DNA from: a virus
IMG/VR virus record: IMGVR_UViG_3300035034_001349
Coordinates: 10,329 to 74,328 of that record
Strand: one strand, 5' to 3'
Length of the DNA: 64,000 bases
Made by a program: the position numbers and the translations under genes. Of the stretch, positions 51,659 to 60,341 are shown piece by piece (positions within the stretch are counted from its first letter, which is position 1; every line of letters begins with the position of its first letter). Under the pieces are notes generated by a model. That model was not told where the DNA came from. It worked only from the letters and a program-made list of their open reading frames with translations, and did not search any database.

Positions 51659-52507
51659 TTATTTAAAAATCTCTATTAAATCAGTATCTAATTGTTTCTT
51701 AGCATAATCTTCAATACGAACTTTAAATTTCTTACTACCTTCTTTAACATCTAAAAATCTAGCATCTTCATTCAAAGTAATATGAGATTCATTCATGGCT
51801 AAGTCAAACTTCTTAATTATGTCTTCCATGTCATTATCTTCATCACATATGAAGTCTGTCATATCTTCATTCTCAGTTAATGGTATTATTGAACCTTCTG
51901 ATAACAACTTTAAATCAGCATTTTTATTAGGTAAAAGACTATCCATAGTTGACTCAGATAAGAATTTTTCCATATATGCTATCTCATGAGATGGATGAAT
52001 AACCCAGTCATAAGTAAATATTTTAATAGGGTCTTTAACATATAGTATATTACCTTGTTGTTCAGTTTTACTACCTAGACCTCTCATTGAAAATGCAACT
52101 TCAGAACCTTGACGAATTAGTCCCATCATATCTCTACCACTTCTTGTATTAGCAGTCTCTATAAGACCTTTAACTACATTACCTTCAAACCATACCTCAC
52201 GAATAATATGAGATATTCTAGTCTGATCTATATGTAATTGTCGTTTAACATCATTTGATAAAGGATGTCCACATTCACCATACCATGCTTTTCTTTCTAA
52301 GCGTTCTTGAATATAATCACTATTTAGTGCATTCTTTAAACCTTTATACTGATAAGATCTTCTATTTCTATTAGGAGTATCTGCATCTTGTAATACTGCT
52401 TTAAATGTAACAGAATTAGTAGCTTCGTTATATCCTACAATTTCAGGTTTAGAAGTAATTGTACTTTCAGAAATTAAAAAGGCATTATTTTTTTCCATAA
52501 TCATCAT
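51659..52507 (-). CDS. Prohead core protease (T4 gp21-like)
   Basis: NRNRRSY, GECGHP, ISHII, FSMRGLG, TYDWVIHPS; late promoter at 52545-52556. Confidence 0.88.
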   Translation of the reverse strand: MMIMEKNNAFLISESTITSKPEIVGYNEATNSVTFKAVLQDADTPNRNRRSYQYKGLKNALNSDYIQERLERKAWYGECGHPLSNDVKRQLHIDQTRISHIIREVWFEGNVVKGLIETANTRSGRDMMGLIRQGSEVAFSMRGLGSKTEQQGNILYVKDPIKIFTYDWVIHPSHEIAYMEKFLSESTMDSLLPNKNADLKLLSEGSIIPLTENEDMTDFICDEDNDMEDIIKKFDLAMNESHITLNEDARFLDVKEGSKKFKVRIEDYAKKQLDTDLIEIFK

Positions 52508-52580
52508 TCCTTTCTTTATATTTAATTAATTTATCTCTTTATTATAATAGAATGTTTAATAATGATAACAAAATATTAAT

Positions 52581-53099
52581 ATGAATTTAGATAAGTCAAC
52601 GAAAGGTGGTAGGAATAGAATGGATAAATATACAAGTAAACAGAAGATAATAACTGAGGGTGCATTATTTCTTAATGAAGATACTTCCTCAGAGGTACTA
52701 AATGAAAAAGTTACCAAAGAAGATGTCAAAGATAAGATGATTAAAGCTAAGGGTCTAATTAAGAAATTAATGGGTTTAAAGCCTGAAGACTTGGTTAAAG
52801 AAAGAAGTTCTATAACTGAAATATTTAAATTAGTACTAGGTACAACAGCATTACTATTAGTACTGAATAGTGCTTTAATAGCTTTATTAGGCTCATTAAC
52901 AGCATCTTTCATTAATAATAAGGTTAAAGACAGTGAAAGAAAGAAACTAAAAAGTTCATATGAAACACAACTGAAGATTGTTAAAGAAAAGTTAGAAGAT
53001 GCAAAAAAGGAAGATAATAAAAAAGAGAAATACAAGTTAATGAAGCTAGAATCAGAGTTAGAAAATAATATTAAGAAGTTAGAAAAAGCGGGTATTTAA
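52581..53099 (+). CDS. Virion/inner-head protein with a hydrophobic hairpin
   Basis: Late promoter at 52567-52578; N-terminal IITE/FLNE/VLNE motifs; the real start is probably M14. Confidence 0.6.
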   Translation: MNLDKSTKGGRNRMDKYTSKQKIITEGALFLNEDTSSEVLNEKVTKEDVKDKMIKAKGLIKKLMGLKPEDLVKERSSITEIFKLVLGTTALLLVLNSALIALLGSLTASFINNKVKDSERKKLKSSYETQLKIVKEKLEDAKKEDNKKEKYKLMKLESELENNIKKLEKAGI

Positions 53100-53117
53100 T
53101 AGAAAAGAGGTGTTTAA

Positions 53118-53660
53118 ATGGGTCTTAAAGGAATGTTTCTTATACAAGAAGCACCTAATGAGGTTGATGAAACTATTCATGAACCAACAGAAGATGATGC
53201 TGAAGTTAAATCTGATAAAAAAGATGATGAAGAAGAGGAACAAATTAATAATAATGATTCAGATGACAATGAAGATGACGTAGATGATGAAGAAATAGAC
53301 TCTGATGACAATGAAGATGATGAAGAATCTGACGATGAAATTGATGATCCTGAAATTGAAAAGTCTGACGATGAGAATACAAAAAAATATAAATTATATG
53401 AAGACTATGAGAAACTGTTAGTTATCGCAGAGGAACTAAATGAGTCATTGACTCACATAGATATTTCTAGTGATGAGAAAATAGGTAATGAAGTATTGAA
53501 TACGCTATCTAGTAAGATAGATGATAATGTTGACAAAATGAACTTTGTCCTAGTTAACAGTTTTGATGACTTTTCATATAAGAAACTACTCACTATATAT
53601 TTGTATTGCAAGAACTCTTTATCGCTCATATCAGAATTGTTAAATGAGTTGTTAAAATAA
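53118..53660 (+). CDS. Acidic head/scaffold-like protein
   Basis: 180 aa, LIQE followed by a D/E-rich tract, immediately upstream of the capsid gene. Confidence 0.6.
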   Translation: MGLKGMFLIQEAPNEVDETIHEPTEDDAEVKSDKKDDEEEEQINNNDSDDNEDDVDDEEIDSDDNEDDEESDDEIDDPEIEKSDDENTKKYKLYEDYEKLLVIAEELNESLTHIDISSDEKIGNEVLNTLSSKIDDNVDKMNFVLVNSFDDFSYKKLLTIYLYCKNSLSLISELLNELLK

Positions 53661-53732
53661 TAAACATATTAATAATAAAAATATTAAAATAATATTTAAT
53701 TAAATTTAATTAGAGAAAAGGAGAGATCACTT

Positions 53733-55325
53733 ATGATTAATTACAGAAGTACTGAAAATACTGTGACTAATGATGGCTTTTCTTCTGTTTTAAAAGAAAC
53801 TGAAGAATATTTCGCTAAGAATCAATGCCACATTATAGGAGAAAGCTTTAAAACAATCTTAACTGAGAATGCTTATTTCGAGGAGTATTCACGAAGATTA
53901 TCTGAAGGTCTTAATGCAAATGATGCAAAAGACTTTGTACAATTACTAGAAAATACACGTTTAGATGTATTAACTGAAGGTTCGTTAGCAGGGTTACAAG
54001 ATTTATCATCTTTAGCTATGCCAACAATTAGAAAAATGTGGGCTAAATTAGCACTTAAAAATGCAATTCCTACTCAACCAGTTAAAAAGCCTAGATTTGC
54101 AATTTCTTACACTAAGGCATATTTAATTGATGGTAACGGAGACAAGCATGAATTACCTGCTGGTTTAAATAAAGACACAGGTGGATCATTAGTTTCTTTA
54201 AAGAAATTAGATACTACACCAATCGCTATTCCTGCTACAGATACAGACCTTTTGGGTCCTGTTTCAGCATCAACTGAATTAGGCGATACTATTGATAAGA
54301 ACTTTAGAATTTCAAGTGTTAATATGACTGTTACATTAGCTGATGATACAACTACTGAAGATTATGATGTAGATGTAAATATTGTTGCTGATATCCGTTC
54401 TGGATTATTTGGTACAGTTAGTGTTACAGACTCTGAAGACACTGTTCATACAGATCAAGTATTAGGTCACGTTGACTTTAAGAAAGGTACTATTACTATT
54501 ACATCTGTTGCTGGTTTAGTAAATACAGTTGTAGTTGATGGTGCATTAACGTCAGAAAAGAATAACAGAGGTGAATCAATTGAATTTGATATCGACTCTA
54601 AAGATGTAACTATTGGTGCTGGAGAACACTTAAATGCTTCATTACCGTTAGAATGGTTACAAGATACAAAGGCATTATATAATATTGATGGTGCTACTGA
54701 ATTAGTTGACTTAATGTCAAAAGTAATGGGTCAGAAAATTGACTTAGAAATCTTTGACTTCTTAGTAGACAGTTCTACTAAAGTTTCTCAAGCAAAAGGT
54801 GCTGACGCTTATGATTATACATTTGATGTTAAACCACCAGCGGCTTTCGATAAAGGAAGAATCGCATGGAGAGAAGAAATTAAAGCAGTAATTCAACATG
54901 GTGCTAATAGAATGAAAAGAGATAGTAACATTTCAGGCGGTAAATTCGTATTAGTTGGTTCTCCAATTGATTTAGAAATTATACCAAATGTAGATTGGAC
55001 TTTCTCTAGTTCTCAAGAACAAGGTGGAGTTAATGTTCCTTATTCTTTAGGTGCTATGGCTGGTCATAATAGATTCGATTTAGTTAGTTCAGATTTAATT
55101 CCTGATGGAGAAATCTACATGGTTTTCTTACCTAAATCTTCTAAGTTAATGACTTACAAGTACTTCCCTTATAGCTACAATGTAGTTAAAGGTGGAGGAT
55201 ACAGAGATCCTAACGCTCCTATGGTACCTAGTATCATGATGACTAAGCGTTCTGCTATGGAAGAATTCTTACCATTAATTGGTAAAATTACTATCACGAA
55301 CAATGATGGATCTACAGCTTATTAA
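53733..55325 (+). CDS. Major capsid protein precursor (T4 gp23-like)
   Basis: 530 aa; EWLQDTKALYNIDG...L......ID.EI and MTYKYFPY...SIMMTKR; strong codon bias; late promoter at 53663-53674. Confidence 0.85.
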   Translation: MINYRSTENTVTNDGFSSVLKETEEYFAKNQCHIIGESFKTILTENAYFEEYSRRLSEGLNANDAKDFVQLLENTRLDVLTEGSLAGLQDLSSLAMPTIRKMWAKLALKNAIPTQPVKKPRFAISYTKAYLIDGNGDKHELPAGLNKDTGGSLVSLKKLDTTPIAIPATDTDLLGPVSASTELGDTIDKNFRISSVNMTVTLADDTTTEDYDVDVNIVADIRSGLFGTVSVTDSEDTVHTDQVLGHVDFKKGTITITSVAGLVNTVVVDGALTSEKNNRGESIEFDIDSKDVTIGAGEHLNASLPLEWLQDTKALYNIDGATELVDLMSKVMGQKIDLEIFDFLVDSSTKVSQAKGADAYDYTFDVKPPAAFDKGRIAWREEIKAVIQHGANRMKRDSNISGGKFVLVGSPIDLEIIPNVDWTFSSSQEQGGVNVPYSLGAMAGHNRFDLVSSDLIPDGEIYMVFLPKSSKLMTYKYFPYSYNVVKGGGYRDPNAPMVPSIMMTKRSAMEEFLPLIGKITITNNDGSTAY

Positions 55326-55350
55326 TAAGGTTAAATAATATATAAAACTA

Positions 55351-55430
55351 ATAGAACTATATCTTAACTGATATAGTTCTATTTTATATATAAAAAAAAA
55401 ACAACTATATCATAATTGATATAGTTGTTT
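55351..55430. terminator. Two back-to-back related terminators
   Basis: ATAGAACTATATC-TTAACT-GATATAGTTCTAT and AACAACTATATC-ATAATT-GATATAGTTGTT. Confidence 0.8.
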
Positions 55431-55438
55431 TAAATTTA

Positions 55439-55906
55439 TTAGAATGCATTATCTAAGTATTCTGGGAATAGCTCATTAAGTAATTCACTTTCTTCTTCAG
55501 TACATTCTCTAGCATTACCTACAGCTACACGATTATTATCTTTATATTTAATAACTCTCATAGTTGTCCATATAAAGTTATCTTTTTCATTCTTGTCTAC
55601 GGAACATAGATAATTTCCTTCAGTACCTTCTAGACATGATAAATCAGTTACATCTTTTTCTGAATCGTAATGGGTTAGTTCCTCACCATCAGAATTATAT
55701 ATAACCCATATTTTATAACCAGTCTGTTCAATTAACCTTCCAGTATCTCCCAATTCTAGAAATTCCCTTACTTTACCCCCAAGCTTACCCTCAATCTTCT
55801 CATATATCAAGATATTTGATTTCTGCATGGGAATTTGTCTTACTTCATCATCTAAAAAATGTAATTTTTCAGTCTTTTCAGTTTCTCGTTTATTTACTAA
55901 TTCCAT
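55439..55906 (-). CDS. Hypothetical protein
   Basis: 155 aa. Confidence 0.65.
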   Translation of the reverse strand: MELVNKRETEKTEKLHFLDDEVRQIPMQKSNILIYEKIEGKLGGKVREFLELGDTGRLIEQTGYKIWVIYNSDGEELTHYDSEKDVTDLSCLEGTEGNYLCSVDKNEKDNFIWTTMRVIKYKDNNRVAVGNARECTEEESELLNELFPEYLDNAF

Positions 55907-56600
55907 TAACTAACACCCTTTCATTGATAATTTCCTTATATATCGTATTGAATACTACATCAAACTTAGAATCATTCTTAAATAAATCCCTATTAAATTC
56001 CAATTTAGGATTAAATATCATTTTAGTATAATCATAATAGAATTTATTATATCCATTGTCTGAGTACTTATTATTAAAATGCTCCTTAGTTAATAATTTA
56101 ATATCTTCTTTAGACTTACCTAGGTTAAATAGTACTATACGTTTAATAGGCGAATAATTAGTTTTGAATGATGTGTAACCATCTGCATCACTTATAATTC
56201 TACCTATCATTGATTTAGTTCCTTTATAACTCGATCTATGTTCTTCAATTCCTTTAAGTATCTCATCTTTCTCAAAAGGTTTTATATTCATCTTGAATAG
56301 ATGATTTGTTTTATAATACTCATTGAATATCTTAATGCTATGTTGTTCATGGTTATCTCTTTCAACTGATAATCCTATGTCATGGAAGCATGATGCAATA
56401 AATGCAACTTTAGATATATTTACTTCCTCTCTGTCATATGTTAAATCTTCGTTACTAATTATTTCTAATGAGAACTTTATAACATCTTTGACATGATTTT
56501 CCTTATGTGCATTATCAAAATTCTTATATTGACTTATAATATCACTTATAAGGAATGCCATAAACTCAGAAGTTACTCCAATGTCATTATTATCAATCAT
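55890..56600 (-). CDS. HD-domain phosphohydrolase
   Basis: AHKENH, FHDIG, HEQHS, EEHRSS, SDAD. Confidence 0.85.
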   Translation of the reverse strand: MIDNNDIGVTSEFMAFLISDIISQYKNFDNAHKENHVKDVIKFSLEIISNEDLTYDREEVNISKVAFIASCFHDIGLSVERDNHEQHSIKIFNEYYKTNHLFKMNIKPFEKDEILKGIEEHRSSYKGTKSMIGRIISDADGYTSFKTNYSPIKRIVLFNLGKSKEDIKLLTKEHFNNKYSDNGYNKFYYDYTKMIFNPKLEFNRDLFKNDSKFDVVFNTIYKEIINERVLVNGISK

Positions 56601-56611
56601 ATAAACTCCTT

Positions 56612-56851
56612 CTATTCATTCCGCATACTATTATTAAAATCAAGTATTTTCTGTCTACTCTCTAACAATACTTTCAAATCTATATTTTCAGGAGAATCCT
56701 TAAACGTTAATACACTATTCCCATCTATCTCATTCATATCTTTATCAAATAATCTTTTCTCACCATCAACAATTATAAGTATACCTGCATATGTGTCAAT
56801 GTCATCTTTAACAGTGTAATCTACTACTTCAAATTCAAGCATATAATTCAC
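56612..56851 (-). CDS. Small acidic hypothetical protein
   Basis: 79 aa, AAGGAAG SD. Confidence 0.6.
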   Translation of the reverse strand: MNYMLEFEVVDYTVKDDIDTYAGILIIVDGEKRLFDKDMNEIDGNSVLTFKDSPENIDLKVLLESRQKILDFNNSMRNE

Positions 56852-57284
56852 TTCCTTTCTATAATTAAATTGTTACCAATCTACTACCTTCAAAAAAATA
56901 TAACGGGATAATACCATATTAGTATTATCCCACTATGAACTCAATATCTTTTTTTTCTAAAGGAGTGATATTAAGATGAATATTATCATAGGGTAGTACA
57001 ACAAAACAAGACAGCGTAAATAAAACTCTTCTAGATAGGTATAAAAGAAAAACCAACAAAATTACCTATTAAATTGAAATTATTTACTTCATGAATATAT
57101 AATAATAATCTATACGGGAAACATGAAAACCCTCTGAATTATGTACTATATATTTATACGTGTCTATAACCATTATAATATCCTATAAAATATTAATAAA
57201 TAGTTATCTTTAGAATAAAAATAGCACTGTTGATATTTATTATCTAACAGTGCTACATACCTATATTATTCTAAAAACTTATCT

Positions 57285-57303
57285 ATCATTATTATAATAT
57301 ATG
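57285..57303 (-). promoter_or_regulatory. Early promoter motif facing a non-coding region
   Basis: CATATATTATAATAATGAT. Confidence 0.7.
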
Positions 57304-57313
57304 CTTGTTCATA

Positions 57314-57487
57314 TTATAAGTAAACAAATTCGTTCTCACCTGTAATCAAGAACTTGGTATTACAATTGTTACACTGTGCATGATTCTTTTCATCATGAAT
57401 TAATTTACCCTTCATACACTCTATACATAATATCTTAGTATTTTCACCATTGTCATAGTATACATTATCAACATTTTTATTACTCAT
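57314..57487 (-). CDS. Small zinc-ribbon protein
   Basis: CIEC...CNNC; probable start MSNKN after a GGAGG SD. Confidence 0.6.
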   Translation of the reverse strand: MSNKNVDNVYYDNGENTKILCIECMKGKLIHDEKNHAQCNNCNTKFLITGENEFVYL

Positions 57488-57497
57488 TTTATTCCTC

Positions 57498-59495
57498 CTA
57501 ATTATATCCAAATCTACTTTTAAATTCATCAATGCTTATTACTTCTTTTTCATACTTATTAGCAGTTGTTATTTTTTTACTAGAACCATTAGGATTCTTA
57601 GCAACTAAAATATCAACTTTCTTACTCATACCTTTCTTAATAGTATGACCTTTACTTTCCATATCTTCTTGAATAGTTTTATCTCTGAACCCTGTAAAAC
57701 ATAATGTGTAAACTTCATCAAAGCTATTTACAAATTCCTTATATGACTTAATAGGAAGATTATCCTTTAACCATTTAAGTTCGTCAATATATAGATTCAT
57801 ATATTTATTGAACTTATCATAAGTTATATCTGCAAATCCTTCAATCTTAACAAATTCATCACCCATAGTATCATAGTTCTCAATAATAAAATCTAAATCA
57901 TAAACCTCCGTAAGTAATTTAGATGATGTTCTACCAAACCCTTCAATACCAAGTCCCGCAAGCACCTCAAAATCATATAAGTCTTTATTCTTATACTCTA
58001 TGGCTTCCTTAATTAGATCTGCTGACCTCTCTCCTAAGCCATCGATGTGTGAAACTTTAGTATAGTCGAGAGTATATAAACTCTTAATGTCTTCAATTAA
58101 ACCTGCATTGAATAATTTTGATAATGTAGACTCCTTTACACCTTTAACATCTAATTTAGTTAGATATCTTTCGAGTCTACCAACCACTTTATTAGGACAT
58201 AACTCATTATTGCAAAATGCAAATGTCCTATTGTCATTAATCTCAACACTCTCTTCTCCACAAGCAGGACATATCTTAGTGAATTCATAAGGCTCAATAT
58301 TATCATTCTCAGGCACATTTAAATCCTCTACATAACTAAGGGTATCATTTCTATACTGAACTAAGACCTTACTACCAATACCTAGACCAAGCTCTTTAAA
58401 TCTATCATAATTTGCAAGTGACACCTTCTCTTGAGTAGCACCATTGAATTTAACTTTATCAAACCATACTCTAGGTGTTATTCTAGACGTTGGACCAATA
58501 GTGAAATCAAAGTCGTTTACTGTAGATTCAGCTTCCATGTAAGGGAACTTTAGTGCAGTTGCAAACTTGGGTTTAGTACTAACTATTCCAAGACTTTCAT
58601 ACTTCTTATCATAGAATCTAACCACAATTCCATCAATCATATAATCTAAATCTAACCTATTCGTAGATAATTTATTGTACATTTCTTCTACGTTATCTAT
58701 AATACCATCTATGGTTCCGTTGTATATAGTTATATTATCTATAATAGTATACATACATACACTTCTAAAGTTTTCATGTATAAATTGGAGTTGTTGGTCT
58801 CTGTTTATATCTTCGCCCTCGATTTCGATAGATAGTGGAACCACATCTAAGTAAGGATAAATATCTGTATTATCATCAGAACCTAAAACTCCTCCAATAA
58901 CAGAGCGTGGACTTACATATTCATTTCCAGTAATACGATTTACTTCATCTAGATTTTCCCAAGTCATAATAATCTCAGTTTGTACTCCAACATTACGTTT
59001 ATCTTCAATAGTCATATTCTTAAATACATGAGTGACATCCTTGCCTTTACCATGTCTTCCTCTTGTCAATGCCTTTACTAACTTGCCATCTTCAAATTCC
59101 ATAGCAACAGAATTACCATCATACTTATATGATGTTTCTATTCTTACAGAATTATTAAGATTTTCATCCATTTCATTCATTCTTGACTTCACAAGTTCAC
59201 GAAGTTCTTCAATATTATTTACTTTACTTAATGAACCTACAATATTCTTAAACTTGTGTTCAACAGACACAGTTCCTTTTGGTGGTTTTGCACCCTCAAT
59301 AACTCCACCATGCTCCATGTAGATAGTTTTCAATATATCAAACTTGGTATCTGACATAATCTTACCAGATTTATTATAGTATTCATTACTAGCCTCATCT
59401 AGTACTAGTCCTATATTAATCATTTCATCCTTGTTTTCAATAGTCCTATTATCAATTACTCTCTCAATTAGTTTTTCATTCATGGGTATATTCAC
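57498..59495 (-). CDS. ligA: NAD-dependent DNA ligase
   Basis: KYDG adenylation motif, LTRG, DGIV, ALKF, zinc finger CPAC...C...C, HhH repeats, BRCT. Confidence 0.95.
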   Translation of the reverse strand: MNIPMNEKLIERVIDNRTIENKDEMINIGLVLDEASNEYYNKSGKIMSDTKFDILKTIYMEHGGVIEGAKPPKGTVSVEHKFKNIVGSLSKVNNIEELRELVKSRMNEMDENLNNSVRIETSYKYDGNSVAMEFEDGKLVKALTRGRHGKGKDVTHVFKNMTIEDKRNVGVQTEIIMTWENLDEVNRITGNEYVSPRSVIGGVLGSDDNTDIYPYLDVVPLSIEIEGEDINRDQQLQFIHENFRSVCMYTIIDNITIYNGTIDGIIDNVEEMYNKLSTNRLDLDYMIDGIVVRFYDKKYESLGIVSTKPKFATALKFPYMEAESTVNDFDFTIGPTSRITPRVWFDKVKFNGATQEKVSLANYDRFKELGLGIGSKVLVQYRNDTLSYVEDLNVPENDNIEPYEFTKICPACGEESVEINDNRTFAFCNNELCPNKVVGRLERYLTKLDVKGVKESTLSKLFNAGLIEDIKSLYTLDYTKVSHIDGLGERSADLIKEAIEYKNKDLYDFEVLAGLGIEGFGRTSSKLLTEVYDLDFIIENYDTMGDEFVKIEGFADITYDKFNKYMNLYIDELKWLKDNLPIKSYKEFVNSFDEVYTLCFTGFRDKTIQEDMESKGHTIKKGMSKKVDILVAKNPNGSSKKITTANKYEKEVISIDEFKSRFGYN

Positions 59496-59498
59496 TCC

Positions 59499-59903
59499 TT
59501 ATAATTCTGTACGATATTCTGATAAATTCTTTACACCGCTTGTATGACCTGAACTCTTTTCTATTATTAATTTGTGTATATCTTCTAAGCATGTAAATTC
59601 CTCGTCTTTTAAAAAATCAGTGATAACTAGTACTTCATGCTGACTATAATCACAGAAATTAATTACTAGTTTCTTAGGTATATACCTAAACTCATCATTA
59701 TATATAGGATTAGTAATATCTGTGAATTCATCTATAGAAAATGAATACTTACCTTCAGGTGTGAAAAATTCTTTACCATCACTAGTATATGCAATCTCAC
59801 TACTGATAGATTCTAATCTAATCTTACATCTTGGGTTAACAATATCTTCATGATTTTTAACTGGAATAGTTTCTAGCTTCCTAACTTCAACAAGTGTTAT
59901 CAT
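59499..59903 (-). CDS. Hypothetical early protein
   Basis: 134 aa, early promoter at 59938-59956. Confidence 0.65.
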   Translation of the reverse strand: MITLVEVRKLETIPVKNHEDIVNPRCKIRLESISSEIAYTSDGKEFFTPEGKYSFSIDEFTDITNPIYNDEFRYIPKKLVINFCDYSQHEVLVITDFLKDEEFTCLEDIHKLIIEKSSGHTSGVKNLSEYRTEL

Positions 59904-60008
59904 ATCAACTCTCCTTTAAATAAACTTACCAATAACTATCACTATTATAATATATGGTTATAAAAAAAGTTATACACCAAAAAGGTTGTATAACTTAAAT
60001 AATTAATA

Positions 60009-60341
60009 CTACGCAACTAAATCTGATAGATCCTTATATACATTAATATCAACCATAACACTACATGATTCGATAATCCAATCAGATTCAGTGCCAAGTT
60101 TAGTATTCATTGCATGGTCTACTATTCTAACTTTAAATCTGATATATTTACCATCATTTCCAGCATAAACGCCTATTACCCTACCTTCATCACTAGTCTT
60201 GTTATTACGCACCTTATATCCCACTAAGAACCTAGGATTCAATTTACGACCAACTATCGCATGTTCACCTTCGCACACCACATCGTTATACCTTTCAACT
60301 TCAGTGCTACCAAGAATATTACTTCTTGTCATTAGTATCAT
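60009..60341 (-). CDS. Hypothetical protein (SH3/KOW-like beta barrel possible)
   Basis: 110 aa; VGYKVR...GRVIGV pattern. Confidence 0.55.
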   Translation of the reverse strand: MILMTRSNILGSTEVERYNDVVCEGEHAIVGRKLNPRFLVGYKVRNNKTSDEGRVIGVYAGNDGKYIRFKVRIVDHAMNTKLGTESDWIIESCSVMVDINVYKDLSDLVA

